A stretch of DNA of 64,000 nucleotides from Heteronotia binoei. Lineage: Eukaryota. The translations under genes were made by a program, and so were the position numbers. Positions 12,301 through 21,147 of the stretch are shown piece by piece (position 1 is the first letter of the stretch; every line of letters begins with the position of its first letter). Where the stretch lies: contig NC_083237.1 of NCBI RefSeq assembly GCF_032191835.1, forward strand, positions 682,001 to 746,000, in the 5' to 3' direction. Under the pieces are notes generated by a model. It was not told the DNA's origin. It searched no databases and was given only the letters and a program-made list of their open reading frames with translations.

Positions 12301-15300
12301 AGATCCAGTTCTGGGCATGCTGATCCACGCTTCACTAATGCTGAGGCTAGATTACTGTAATGTGCTGTACATGGGGCTGCCCTTGAAGGCGGTTCAGAAA
12401 CTGCAGCTGCCTGTCTGTCGTCTGGGGTTTGCCAATGGGACTGTATCACTTCTGTCCTGAGGGCCCTTCTCTGGCTTCCAAGGCTTTTTTTTCAAGCAGG
12501 AAGACAGTTCTGGCTGGCTTGGTGTCAGGGGGTGTGGTCTTACAAGCAAATGAGTTCCTGCTGGGCTTTTTCTACAAAAAGAAGAAGAAAGCAAGCCCTG
12601 CTGGCTGCCAGTTAGTGTAAAGATGTTCATGCTCACCTTTAAAGCCTTTTGTATGAGGGGCTTGAAGAATTCCCCTCTCCTCACCTGTTCCCACGTGGCA
12701 GCTCCAGACTTTTCATGGCTTCCCCTTCCCGCAGCCCGTCCCTCCCTCTGGACCTTTCCTGTGTCAGGAAGAGTCCGGCCCTCTGGTGCTGCGAAACAGG
12801 ACTGTGTTCCAGAGAGCTTCTGGGGCAGCCGCAGCCCAGACAAAGGAGGGCAAAGAGGTGGGGGCAGCAGGCTTTCAGGTTTTCTTTCTAATGTGGGGAG
12901 CGTCACGCTTTGCTTTATTCAATGGCTCTTGTGGTTCTTGTGTGTTCGACTCATGTTGAGGAGCACCTTAGACAATGACAGTATTCTTTTGAGGGGGAGG
13001 AATGCTTTGAGAGGCAGGGGGCTCCTTTTGCCTGACAAAGTGATGTCAGATGAAATCCCTGGACCTCTGAGGTGCTTGTGGACTTGAACCCGGCTCCTCT
13101 GCTCTCTGGAACTCTTTCCATGGGCATGATCCATGGAAAGGCGGGTTGTCGTCAGCATTCCAGGCCAGCCCGTGACCTCGCCTCTTCCTCCCCCTCCCCC
13201 TCCTCCTTGCAGTCCTTTGCTGACCTGCCTCACCGCCCGCTGCTGGTGGAGCTGACCGTGGAGGAAGGCCAGCGGCTGAAAGTGATCTACGGGTCGTGTG
13301 CCGGCTTCCATGCATAGATGTGGACTCCGGCAACAACTACGACATCTACATCCCTGTGCATGTAAGGAGGGAGGGCCAAGCCCCTGTGCGATGGGGGGAG
13401 GGGAGGGGGCAGGGGCTGAGCGAGTCCTCTTCTCTGCAGATCCAGTCCCAGATCACCCCCCACGCCATCATCTTCTGCCCACACGGAGGGGATGGAGATG
13501 CTTCTCTGCTATGAGGACGAGGGGTCTACGTCAACACCTATGGGCGCATCATCAAGGACGTGGTGCTGCAGTGGGGGGAGATGCCCACCTCCGTAGGTGA
13601 GCTGGGGAAGCCGGGGGGGGGGAGGAGGGGGCTGAAGGACGGGGCTCCAGGCTCACCTCTTCTGCTCCTCCCCCCTCCCCAGCTTACATCTGCTCCAATC
13701 AGATCATGGGCTGGGGGGAGAAAGCCATTGAAATCCGCTCCGTGGAGACGGGCCACCTGGACGGGGTCTTCATGCACAAACGGGCCCAGCGCCTGAAGTT
13801 CCTCTGTGAGCGGAATGACAAGGTGAAGGGCCTTGCCTCTCTTCCCCCTCCTCCCTCCTGCTGAATGGCCTGCAGCTGAGTCGGGGGGGGGGGCAGTGCC
13901 CGGGAAGCTGGCCGCACAGTTGTGGCTGCTGGCAGGGCAGGGGGGGCACCTGTGTCCCCTCTGGAGACCTCCTTACTGGAGAGCTGTGTGAGGAGGGGCT
14001 GCTTGCACACGTGGAACAGCCTGGCTGTGCCCTGCCCCAAGCTGGGGGGGGGGGGGTGTCTCCCTGTGCAGAGGATGGCTGGTCCTTTGCCGCAATGCTG
14101 AGTCAGAGGATTTCTTGTTAGCAGGGGGAGGGGGGCTGCTATGAGTTTGTTTGCTTCATTGCATTTATTAATAGCCCACTCCCAACTATTGTAGGGCTCT
14201 AGGCAATGTATAATGTTATAAACACATTAAAACCCAGAAGATCAGTCATAAGCATATTTAAGAGATCAAGTGGCAAAATTTGCCGTTTCCTCCCATTTCC
14301 GGCCCGTGGATGCCCATCTGAGGGGAGGGGGCCAGCCAGGATAGACACCATCGCTGCCCTCAACCGAAACCTGGTGGGTCGTGTCTGCCTTACAGGATCC
14401 GCAAAACTGCATAAGGTCCCTCCCACAGGGCCCTGGGGTTGTGTGGCAGAGGTTCCACCAGGTTGGGGCCAGGAGTGGAAAAGCCCCGGCCTGGCTGAGA
14501 GCAGCCGGATGTCCTTCTGGCTGGGGACCCCAGCAGACTGTCCTCCCAAGACATAGCAGAGGAGGCGGTCCCATCCCAGACCTCTCAAGGCCTTGAAGGT
14601 CAATGCCCAAACCTTGACCTCTACTCAGTGCTCCAGTGGGTGCCAGCGCAGCGGCGCAGCACAGGCCGTAGATGAGCAGGACTCGATGCTGCCGCATTCT
14701 GGACTCCTTGGAGCTTCCGGGTCCGTCTCAAGGGCAGGCCAGTGTAAAGCAAGCTGCAGTAGTCTAGCCTGGAGGAGAGGGCATGACAGGATAGGGGCCA
14801 ATGCCAGCCTGGATGGTATGGGTGACCTGGGTCTCCATAGCCCAGGAGGCATCCAGGGTCATGCCCAAGAGCAGGAATGTCAGCTCCTGCGAGTTCTTAC
14901 CCATTGAACAACTCGAGTTGGTTCAAGAGTTCAGTTTATTGAGAGCAACCTGCTTTTGGCAGGTCCGTGACCCTAGATATATCTTGCCCATAACGGTTAC
15001 AAATGCAAGCAGTGGGCGTCAGAAGCATTCCCCCCCCCCTCCAAAGTTCTTTCCCATGCAGGCCCTTCTTTGCAGCTGCAGCAGTTCTCTGTACTTGAGT
15101 ACAGGGCAGAGAGTCTCCCTGGTGGTTTCAGAGGAATGCCAGAGAGAGCAGCAAGGCTAAAGAAGCAGAAGTGCTGCAAAGCAAATGAACCCATAAACTA
15201 GCCTCTGCCAGTCCCCCCCCTCCCCCCCATGGCAAGAGCACTCCTGACAGGGCAGTCTGAGCCTCATCCCCCCCCCCCACTCCCAGCAGCAGCGGCTGAA

Positions 15301-15475
15301 CTCAGAGGGGAGCCGTGTGGGGTGGGCTTGGAGGGAAGCTGGAGGAATTGGGCCCAGGTGATTTTGTGCCATCTCCTTTGCCTCCCCACAGGTCTTCTTT
15401 GCCTCCGTCCGCTCGGGAGGCAGCAGCCAGGTCTACTTCATGACGCTGAACAGAAACTGCATTATGAACTGGTGA
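318..15475 (+). CDS. MINK1: Misshapen-like kinase 1, 3' part (intermediate region and CNH domain); the 5' exons lie upstream of the window
   Basis: GT-AG exons: 318-391, 600-623, 3528-3697, 8405-8522, 8765-8907, 9212-9322, 9679-9837, 9919-10063, 10781-10915, 11666-11766, 13213-13361, 13440-13596, 13683-13822, 15392-15475 (TGA). Peptides [76 protein letters not shown] and [13 protein letters not shown] match recalled MINK1. Seven 1-nt indels interrupt the frame (see findings). Confidence 0.97.
600..623 (+). CDS. MINK1: 24-nt frame-preserving MINK1 microexon (SYKRAIGE)
   Basis: cag|AGCTATAAGCGGGCAATTGGCGAG|gttagt, preceded by a long pyrimidine tract and a cttaac branch-point candidate at 543-548. 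Confidence 0.9.
1634..2366 (-). repeat. Tandem array of 11 x 67-bp units derived from the 3' terminus of a CR1-type non-LTR element
   Basis: TAAGAACATAAGA recurs at 1634, 1701, 1767, 1834, 1901, 1968, 2035, 2102, 2169, 2236 and 2303. The last unit runs on into unique element sequence to about 2517. Confidence 0.9.
3015..3247 (-). mobile_element. tRNA-derived SINE (Squam2-like, tentative)
   Basis: Reverse-complemented Pol III B-box/A-box head (gggattgaacttgggacc...ccgctgagcc) and gaagctgcc...gaatcagacc tail, shared with copies at about 27780, 40060 and 41540. Confidence 0.7.
3820..4300 (-). mobile_element. CR1 LINE 3' fragment
   Basis: catagaatcatagagttggaagggacc is the reverse complement of the CR1 tail. 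The rest is the reverse complement of the ORF2 end and closely matches 7760-8184. Confidence 0.85.
4933..5191 (+). mobile_element. Penelope-like element remnant (inverted pLTR arms) with a 12-bp target-site duplication
   Basis: Inverted arms at about 4933-5040 and 5060-5155. Direct repeat AGTCAGATCTGT at 4921-4932 and 5192-5203. Hammerhead core present. Confidence 0.75.
5060..5100 (+). ncRNA. Minimal type I hammerhead ribozyme motif
   Basis: CTGATGA 5063-5069, A, stem II GTGTGCT/AGCACAC (5071-5077/5083-5089), GAAA 5090-5093, loopless palindromic stem III AGCT, stem I TGT/ACG. Confidence 0.7.
5244..6516 (+). mobile_element. 5'-truncated L2-clade LINE with an open reverse-transcriptase frame (5249-6244)
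   Basis: [35 protein letters not shown] and HWLP motifs; (ATT)n tail at 6499-6516. Confidence 0.9.
6620..6755 (+). mobile_element. SINE 5' fragment (Sauria-SINE-like, tentative)
   Basis: tRNA-like head gccccgtggcgcagagtgg...gacctgagtttcgtccc...ggttgactcagcctcccatccttcc. Confidence 0.5.
7120..8184 (+). mobile_element. CR1 LINE 3' part
   Basis: ORF 7367-7912 ([43 protein letters not shown]); 3' end ggactagatgacc...ccttccaactctatgatt. Confidence 0.92.
10130..10405 (+). mobile_element. CR1 ORF2 fragment
   Basis: [13 protein letters not shown]...[32 protein letters not shown], a near-copy of 7150-7410. Confidence 0.85.
10408..10563 (-). mobile_element. Internally deleted MIR/Ther1-like SINE (Squam3-like)
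   Basis: The tail (gcagatttataccctgccc...ctgtgagg) is joined directly to the head (ttctcccagataagagtccgcacacttaaccactacactaaactggctc). Confidence 0.75.
12290..12720 (+). mobile_element. Degenerate L2 fragment
   Basis: [23 protein letters not shown] matches the intact L2 at 5770-5850. Confidence 0.65.
14150..15110 (-). mobile_element. Degenerate L2 fragment
   Basis: Reverse strand reads [14 protein letters not shown]... and FKALRGLG...; L2-type 3' end near 14150-14200. Confidence 0.65.
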
Positions 15476-16593
15476 GGGAGGGAAGGGGAGAGGGGCTTCA
15501 TCCCCCACCACCGCCTGGACTGGAAGGAGGAGGGGACGGACGGACGGACGGGCCGAGGAGCCAGGAGGCCCAGCAGGCAGACGGATGCCTTGGGGGGAGG
15601 GGGTCCTCCCAGCCCTGCCCCAGAAAAGGGGAGGGGTTGGGAGCTTGTGGGGAGGGCCCCCATGGCCACTGGGCATGCATGTGCTCCTCACACTTCCAGA
15701 CGTCCACCACTGCGAGGAGGAGGAGGAGGCTGGAGGCAAAAGCTACAAGAACCCAGTGGAGCTGCTGGGAGGTCCCCCCCCCCTTCCCCTCATCTTTCCA
15801 CTTTTAATATGGAGGGAGAAGATCAAGCTGGGGGGTCCGTAATGTCTGGGTGTCCCTTATGGGGGGGGAGCAGGCTTGGTTTGCATGGAGCAGGTCAGAA
15901 CCCAGATGCCATCTCCCTTCCCTCCCTTTGCCTTTGCGCACATTCTCCCCCTCCTCCCCTGCAGCACTTGACTTTGTGAGCACAGAAGCACCCCCCCCCC
16001 GCCTCCTGTGGCATGCAACCTCCCCCCACACACACATTCTTTGCTTTTTCTCTTGCCCAGTGGGGCTTCTGGCCATGTGGCTGAGAGGGGGGCTTCCCTT
16101 GCCTCCCCACTGCTGGTGGCATCCCCCCCCCTTCCCCCCGCAGGCCCTGGGCTTGTGTGGATGGGTGCACACTTCTCCCTTCCCTCCCCCACCCCGCTGG
16201 GGTGGGAGGAGTTCTGTATATTTTGCTTTAAGCAGCATTATTTTGTGATGGCAATTAAGTAACTGACTAACGAAGCACTTTACTGGCCTCCCCTCAATCA
16301 GGGAGGTGAGGGGGGTTTGGCCACGGGGAGGCTCAGCAGCGGGTTCCCTTTCGTGGGGGTCTCTTGCCTGGCTCCCCCATCCGCCTTCCCCAGATGTGGC
16401 CGGGTTTGGGGTTCCCTTCTGGGGCAGCTGGTGGGATGAGCCCCCCCCCTGCCACTGGGCAATTGGAGTTCTTGTGTATTTTTGCTTGCCTTTGTATAGA
16501 CCTCCCCCGCCCCCCTCAGCCCAGCTGGGAGAGCTGCTCCCCCCCCCCCCAGCCAGCCGGCCCACCCGTGGCCCTGGGATCTTCTCACCTGTT

Positions 16594-16599
16594 AATAAA
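16594..16599 (+). terminator. Probable MINK1 polyadenylation signal
   Basis: AATAAA about 1.1 kb after the stop, followed by GU-rich gggtgtgtgtctgtct. Confidence 0.7.
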
Positions 16600-16864
16600 G
16601 GAGCCAAGCAAACCTCCTCTGGGTGTGTGTCTGTCTCCAGCGGCCCTGGGGGGGAGGGGGGGCCCTGGGAAGGGAGCTCCGCTGTGCCTCTTGCCCCCCT
16701 CTCTGGGCAGGTGGCATAGCCAGCGGGTGAGGCACAGGGTGCTCCCCAGGGGGAGTTGGCGGAGCAAAGTGCAGCCGTTCCCAGGGAGGCGGGGGGCAGG
16801 CCCCTTGCAGTGGAGGAGCAGAGGGAGCGCCTTGTCTGCACCAGCTCCAGCTCCGGTGGGCCTC

Positions 16865-18775
16865 CTAAGGAAGGGTGCAAACCCTGCGGGAGGGGGGGGG
16901 CTCCTGGGGGTTTCAGCCGGCCCGCCCCCTCTCCCTCGGAGGGGCGGTCCCAGGGCCAGCGGCCGGAGGGCCCGGGCAGGCTGACCAGCAGCCAGGTGAC
17001 GTAGCGGAGGGGTGCCACCTGCAGGCTCCGGCTGGTGCGGTAGAGGCGGGGCGCGGGATGCCACCTTCCCCCCGGGCTGCCTGCAGCTGCCGGGAGCTGC
17101 GGAGCCGAGGGGGGCGGTGCCAGGAGCCCGGCGCGCGCACCCCCACCACCAGAGCCCCGCCAGGGCGGGCAGGGAGGCCAGAGCCACGCAGGCCGCGTAG
17201 AGCGCCAGGCTCAGAGCGCAGCAGCCGGCGGCCAGCCGGGCTCCCCACGACAGTGAGGCAGGCGGCCGGCCCGTCAGCCCGAAGGCCACGCCTGGCAGCG
17301 GCACCGCGCACTGGCAGGGAGGGAGAGGGGGGGCCGCGCCACAGGGGCTGTAGTGGGGACATCTCGGCTGGGGGGGCCGCGGGGCACAGGGGGGTGGGGG
17401 GGCGGGGCACAGGTGTGCTTGCGGAGGAGGCAGTGGGGAGCCCCGCGGGGCTGGGGGCGGAGGTGGGGGGGCGGGGCACAGGTGTGCTTGCGGAGGACGC
17501 AGTGAGGAGGCCCGAGGGGCTGGGGGCGGAGGTGGGGGGGCGGGGCACAAGTGTGCTTGTGGAGGGACGCAGTGGGGAGACCCGCGGGGCTGGAGGGGCG
17601 GGGCACAGGTGTGCTTGCGGAGGACGCAGTGGGGAGGCCCGAGGGCTGGGGGGGCGGGGCGGGAGGTGCGTGCGTGGAGGAAGCAGGCGAGAGCCCCGCG
17701 GAGGTGGGGGCGGCGGGGGGCTGAAGTCCGGACGCCTGGGGTTGCGGGGGGCGCGGGGGGGGAGCGGGCCGGAGGCGTGGCTTTGCTTGCGGGCGTCGAG
17801 GAGGCGGCGATGGTCGCAGGGCCGGGGGAGTGGAAAGCGCGTCAGGGGCCGCGGGCTCCCCCCACTCCTCGTCTCCGCGGCTGCTGCCTCTGCCGCTCTG
17901 GGGGCGCGCAGTCCCCGGCGAAGTCCATGACGGGCTGGCCCCGTTCCTGGGGGGGGTCGTGGCAGGTGACGCCCTCGGGCTGGTTCTCGGTGATCTCCTT
18001 CTGGGGCCCCTGCAGGCGGGTGTACACGGCGAGGCGTTCTCCGCGATCCAGTCGCGCAGGTAGCGCAGGGCGCAGTCGCAGCGCCAGGGGTTCTCTCTCA
18101 GGTAGACGTAGGCGAAGAGGTGGCCTTCGGGAAAGAAGCCCTCGGGCACGGCCCGCAGCCGGTTCCTCTCCAGGCGCAGCGTCTCCAGCGCGCCCAGCCC
18201 CTCCAGCAGCTGGGCCGGCAGGCGTCCAGGCGGTTGTCGGACAGGTCGAGGTCCTTGAGCGCCGCCAGGCCGGCGAAGGCCCCCGCGGGGAGGCTCTGGA
18301 GCCGGTTGCCCTGCAGCTCCAGGTCGGCCAGGTGGCGCAGGCCGCGGAAGGCGCCCTCGCCGGGGAGGCTGGCCAGGGCGTTGTGGCCGAGGGCCAGGCG
18401 GCTCAGGTTGGGGAAGGCGCGCTGCAGGGCGGGCAGCTGCGCGAGGGCGTTGTGCGAGAGGTCCAGCTCCTGCAGGCCGGCCAAGGGGGCGGCGGCCTCC
18501 AGCTCCGCCAGCCCGTTGCGCGAGAGGTCCAGCTCCCGCAGGTGGCGCAGGTGCCCCAGCGAGGCGGTGGAGAGGCGCGCCAGGCGGTTCGAGGCCAGCA
18601 GCAAGATGCCCGTGGCGTTGTCCAGCCCGGCGGGCACCTGGCTCAGCCCCTTCCCCTCGCAGCTGGCCTGCAGCAAGTCCTTGATGCGGTTGGTCTCGTA
18701 CTCGCAGGGAGTGGGCTGGCTGCGGGCTCCGGCCAGGGCGCAGACGATCAGGAGGGCCACCACCCGGGAGGCCAT
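16865..18775 (-). CDS. GP1BA: Platelet/thrombocyte glycoprotein Ib alpha (single coding exon, frameshifted in this assembly; 3' end approximate)
   Basis: Signal peptide MASRVVALLIVCALAG, Cys N-cap, 7 LRRs, YVYLRENPWRCDC cap, Pro/Ser/Thr stalk, CC motif plus TM (GCCALSLALYAACVALASL), tail RLYRTSRSLQVAPLRYVTWLLVSL. A splice acceptor lies just upstream of the ATG (exon starts at 18792), as in mammalian GP1BA, and synteny agrees. At least 4 frame changes; the stop at 16865-16867 is a guess. Confidence 0.85.
17370..17660 (-). repeat. Coding 69-bp VNTR (TPVPRPPTSAPSPAGLPTASSAS) in the GPIb-alpha mucin stalk
   Basis: ggcacaggtgtgcttg-type motif at 17406, 17475, 17544 and 17602. Confidence 0.85.
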
Positions 18776-18977
18776 GAGACCCCGCAGCCCCTCTGTGCGG
18801 GGGAAGGGAAGGAGAAGAAAGAGAAGCGCGAGTCAGGGCTACGCGTCTAGGCAGAGGCTGTGAAGGGGGGGCACCACGAAGTCAGCCAGCCCCCCCCCTG
18901 CTCCCCCTCCCTCCCAGCGCTTGAGCTGCTGACGAGAGTGGGGCGGGCAGGGCAGGCCGGATGGGGCCCAGACGGGA

Positions 18978-19060
18978 GTGGAAGCGAGATAAGCCGTGGG
19001 CAGGACACACCGGGGGGGGCGGCTGTGATGCCGCCGGCCCTGCAGACAGGCCGCTTCCTC
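18978..19060 (-). promoter_or_regulatory. Candidate GP1BA promoter GATA and Ets sites
   Basis: AGATAAG at 18987-18993; Ets cores at about 18980 (GGAAG) and 19054-19059 (CTTCCT). Confidence 0.5.
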
Positions 19061-19854
19061 GCCCCCCCCCAGCGCGTCCCTCTTTGCTTCCCCCCTCGGA
19101 ATGCTCTCTCCCTGCCCTTCGCCCAGAGGTGGGGAGGGCGCTGCTGCGCAGCTGTTCCTCGAGGGGGGGTTGCCCTCTCGCCTGCACCCATCAGAGCTGG
19201 GTTTGCCAGCAGAGGGAAGGGAAGCGGGGCAAACACCGCGTGGCACAGTAGAGGACCACCCCCCTTTCCTTCATTCTGGGGCCCCCGCCCCACCTGGCTG
19301 GGGTCGGGAAGAGCCCTCCATGCCGCTGCCCCCCCCCCCTTAGCACGGGAGGATACCCAACCTGGAGCTGCCGGCCCCTGCTGCACCGAGAGCCCGCCCT
19401 TCCCTTCGCCTGTCCGGAGAGCAAAGTCTGCGGCACCACGGGCGGGTTTCCCCGGGACCTGCTGCAGGGGGGCGGGGCGGCGGGGGGGGGGCTGCCGCCT
19501 TCCAAGCAAGGGCATTTGAAGCTGCAGGGCAAAGCAGCCGCCAATCAGAAGCCCCGCCGGTCAAGAGCTCCGCCCTCCTTCTGGGGATGCCCTCCGGGCC
19601 CCGGGGCATTTGGCTGGAGGGGAGGCTGGCCCCGGAAACTGCGGGGGGGCTCCTGAGGGAGCTTTTCTGGCCTCTTCCCCCCCCCCCCGCCCGCTCCACC
19701 AGCTGCGCCCGAGGCTGCCCTGTTTGTGCTGGGAGAGAAGTGTGTCCCTGGGCTCTGGCGCCTTCTCTGCCGGGCCCCACTGGAACTGGGGCAGCGGAGA
19801 GGAAAACGCAGCGAAGCACCTGGATATTCGCTTTGAAAGAGAAACTGCCTAGGA

Positions 19855-20900
19855 AAGTGTTGGGATGTGCGTTTGAAATCAGAGGTGTGGAGTGGCAAGA
19901 ATTGGAGGCGAGGCTTAAACTTAACAAAAGAAATAAAGTTTACTAGAAAAACCATCCGGAAAAAGTACTTGGGATAAAAAGAAATACAACTTACACTTAC
20001 TAGCACGACTAACTAGGTCTGATCTCTACATGGCTACTGTTTATTAGTCTTTGTCTGCTAGTTCTTGTTCCCAGAGAACACCCAGACAGGAAAAGGAGCA
20101 ATTCAGCTTTGCATACAACACCAAAGCTTTTCACACCTAGTGTGCTTTCTGACCAGTACAGCGTTTACAAGTTTCCCGGGCTTAGAAGACTCAGTTCACA
20201 ATTGGGTTCGGCTACAAGGCATCATTTCCTCTTTCAGGTAAACAAACAACTCTATAATAGCTGGAATGAAAATAACTTGTATTCCAACAGAAAGGGAGGG
20301 CTGCAATGAACAAACAACACAGGGAAACATCCTCTTTAGCTACTCTGAACTGCATCTTTCTGTCTCTAGCACTTTCTGCTTAATACATGCCTTTGTCTGG
20401 TCTATGCCAAGGTTTAGGAGGGTTTGGGGGGGCGGGGCTCCAAGCTCCTAATGGCTGTTTGGACTGCTTGGAGCCAATTGCATTTAAATGGGTCGTGCAA
20501 GATACAAGGGAACAGCCCCTTAGGATTCATGTTACCATTTATGTTCTTACCAGAAAGAACACAGATTCTAGCCTCTATTTGAGTCGTTCCTGTTTCCAAG
20601 CGGACCTAGGAGTTTGATACACACTTGGACACATGGATTATTGCTCTGAGAGATTTAGATTGGACTCTCTCGAAGAGGGAAGTCCAATCCAAAGGGGGGA
20701 AAGCTGAATACCCAGAATTGTCCCACAAGTTAGCTGGGCCGGTGCCTTAGCTTTAAACAGGCGAAGTGCGGCTGGAACATTGTAACCCCCTGAGTCCAAT
20801 AAAATTTCAGGATACTATTTCATAAGATACTTCCAAGGTTGTTCTAGATGACTACAATGTTCTTGTCAATTACTGTGACAATAAACTGAACTGAACTGCG
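19855..20900. mobile_element. AT-rich island, probable retroelement of unknown family
   Basis: Abrupt composition change inside very GC-rich DNA; ends in AATAAA(CTGAA)n at about 20880-20898. Confidence 0.4.
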
Positions 20901-21048
20901 TCTTAAGACAGAGACGTGGGAAGCTGGTGCGGGAGAGCGGGAGGCCTTCGGGAACAAGAAGCCATAAAGCTGAAACTGTCTCCCTGGTCCATCCCCGATG
21001 CATTCATGGCCCAATCAGAGCATCCCTGGGCTAGTTGCTTCTGCCCAT

Positions 21049-21147
21049 TCATAGAATCCTAGAGTTGGAAGGGACCTCCAGAGTCATCTAGTCCAACCCC
21101 CTGCACAGTGCAGGAAACTCACAAATACCGCCCTCTAAATTCACAGG
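21049..21147 (-). mobile_element. CR1 3' end
   Basis: tcatagaatcctagagttggaagggacctcc... Confidence 0.8.

Noticed and set aside
318-18775. MINK1 and GP1BA as pseudogenes
   Set aside because: Intact splice sites and near-perfect peptide conservation; the indels are single bases mostly in homopolymer runs, typical of assembly error.
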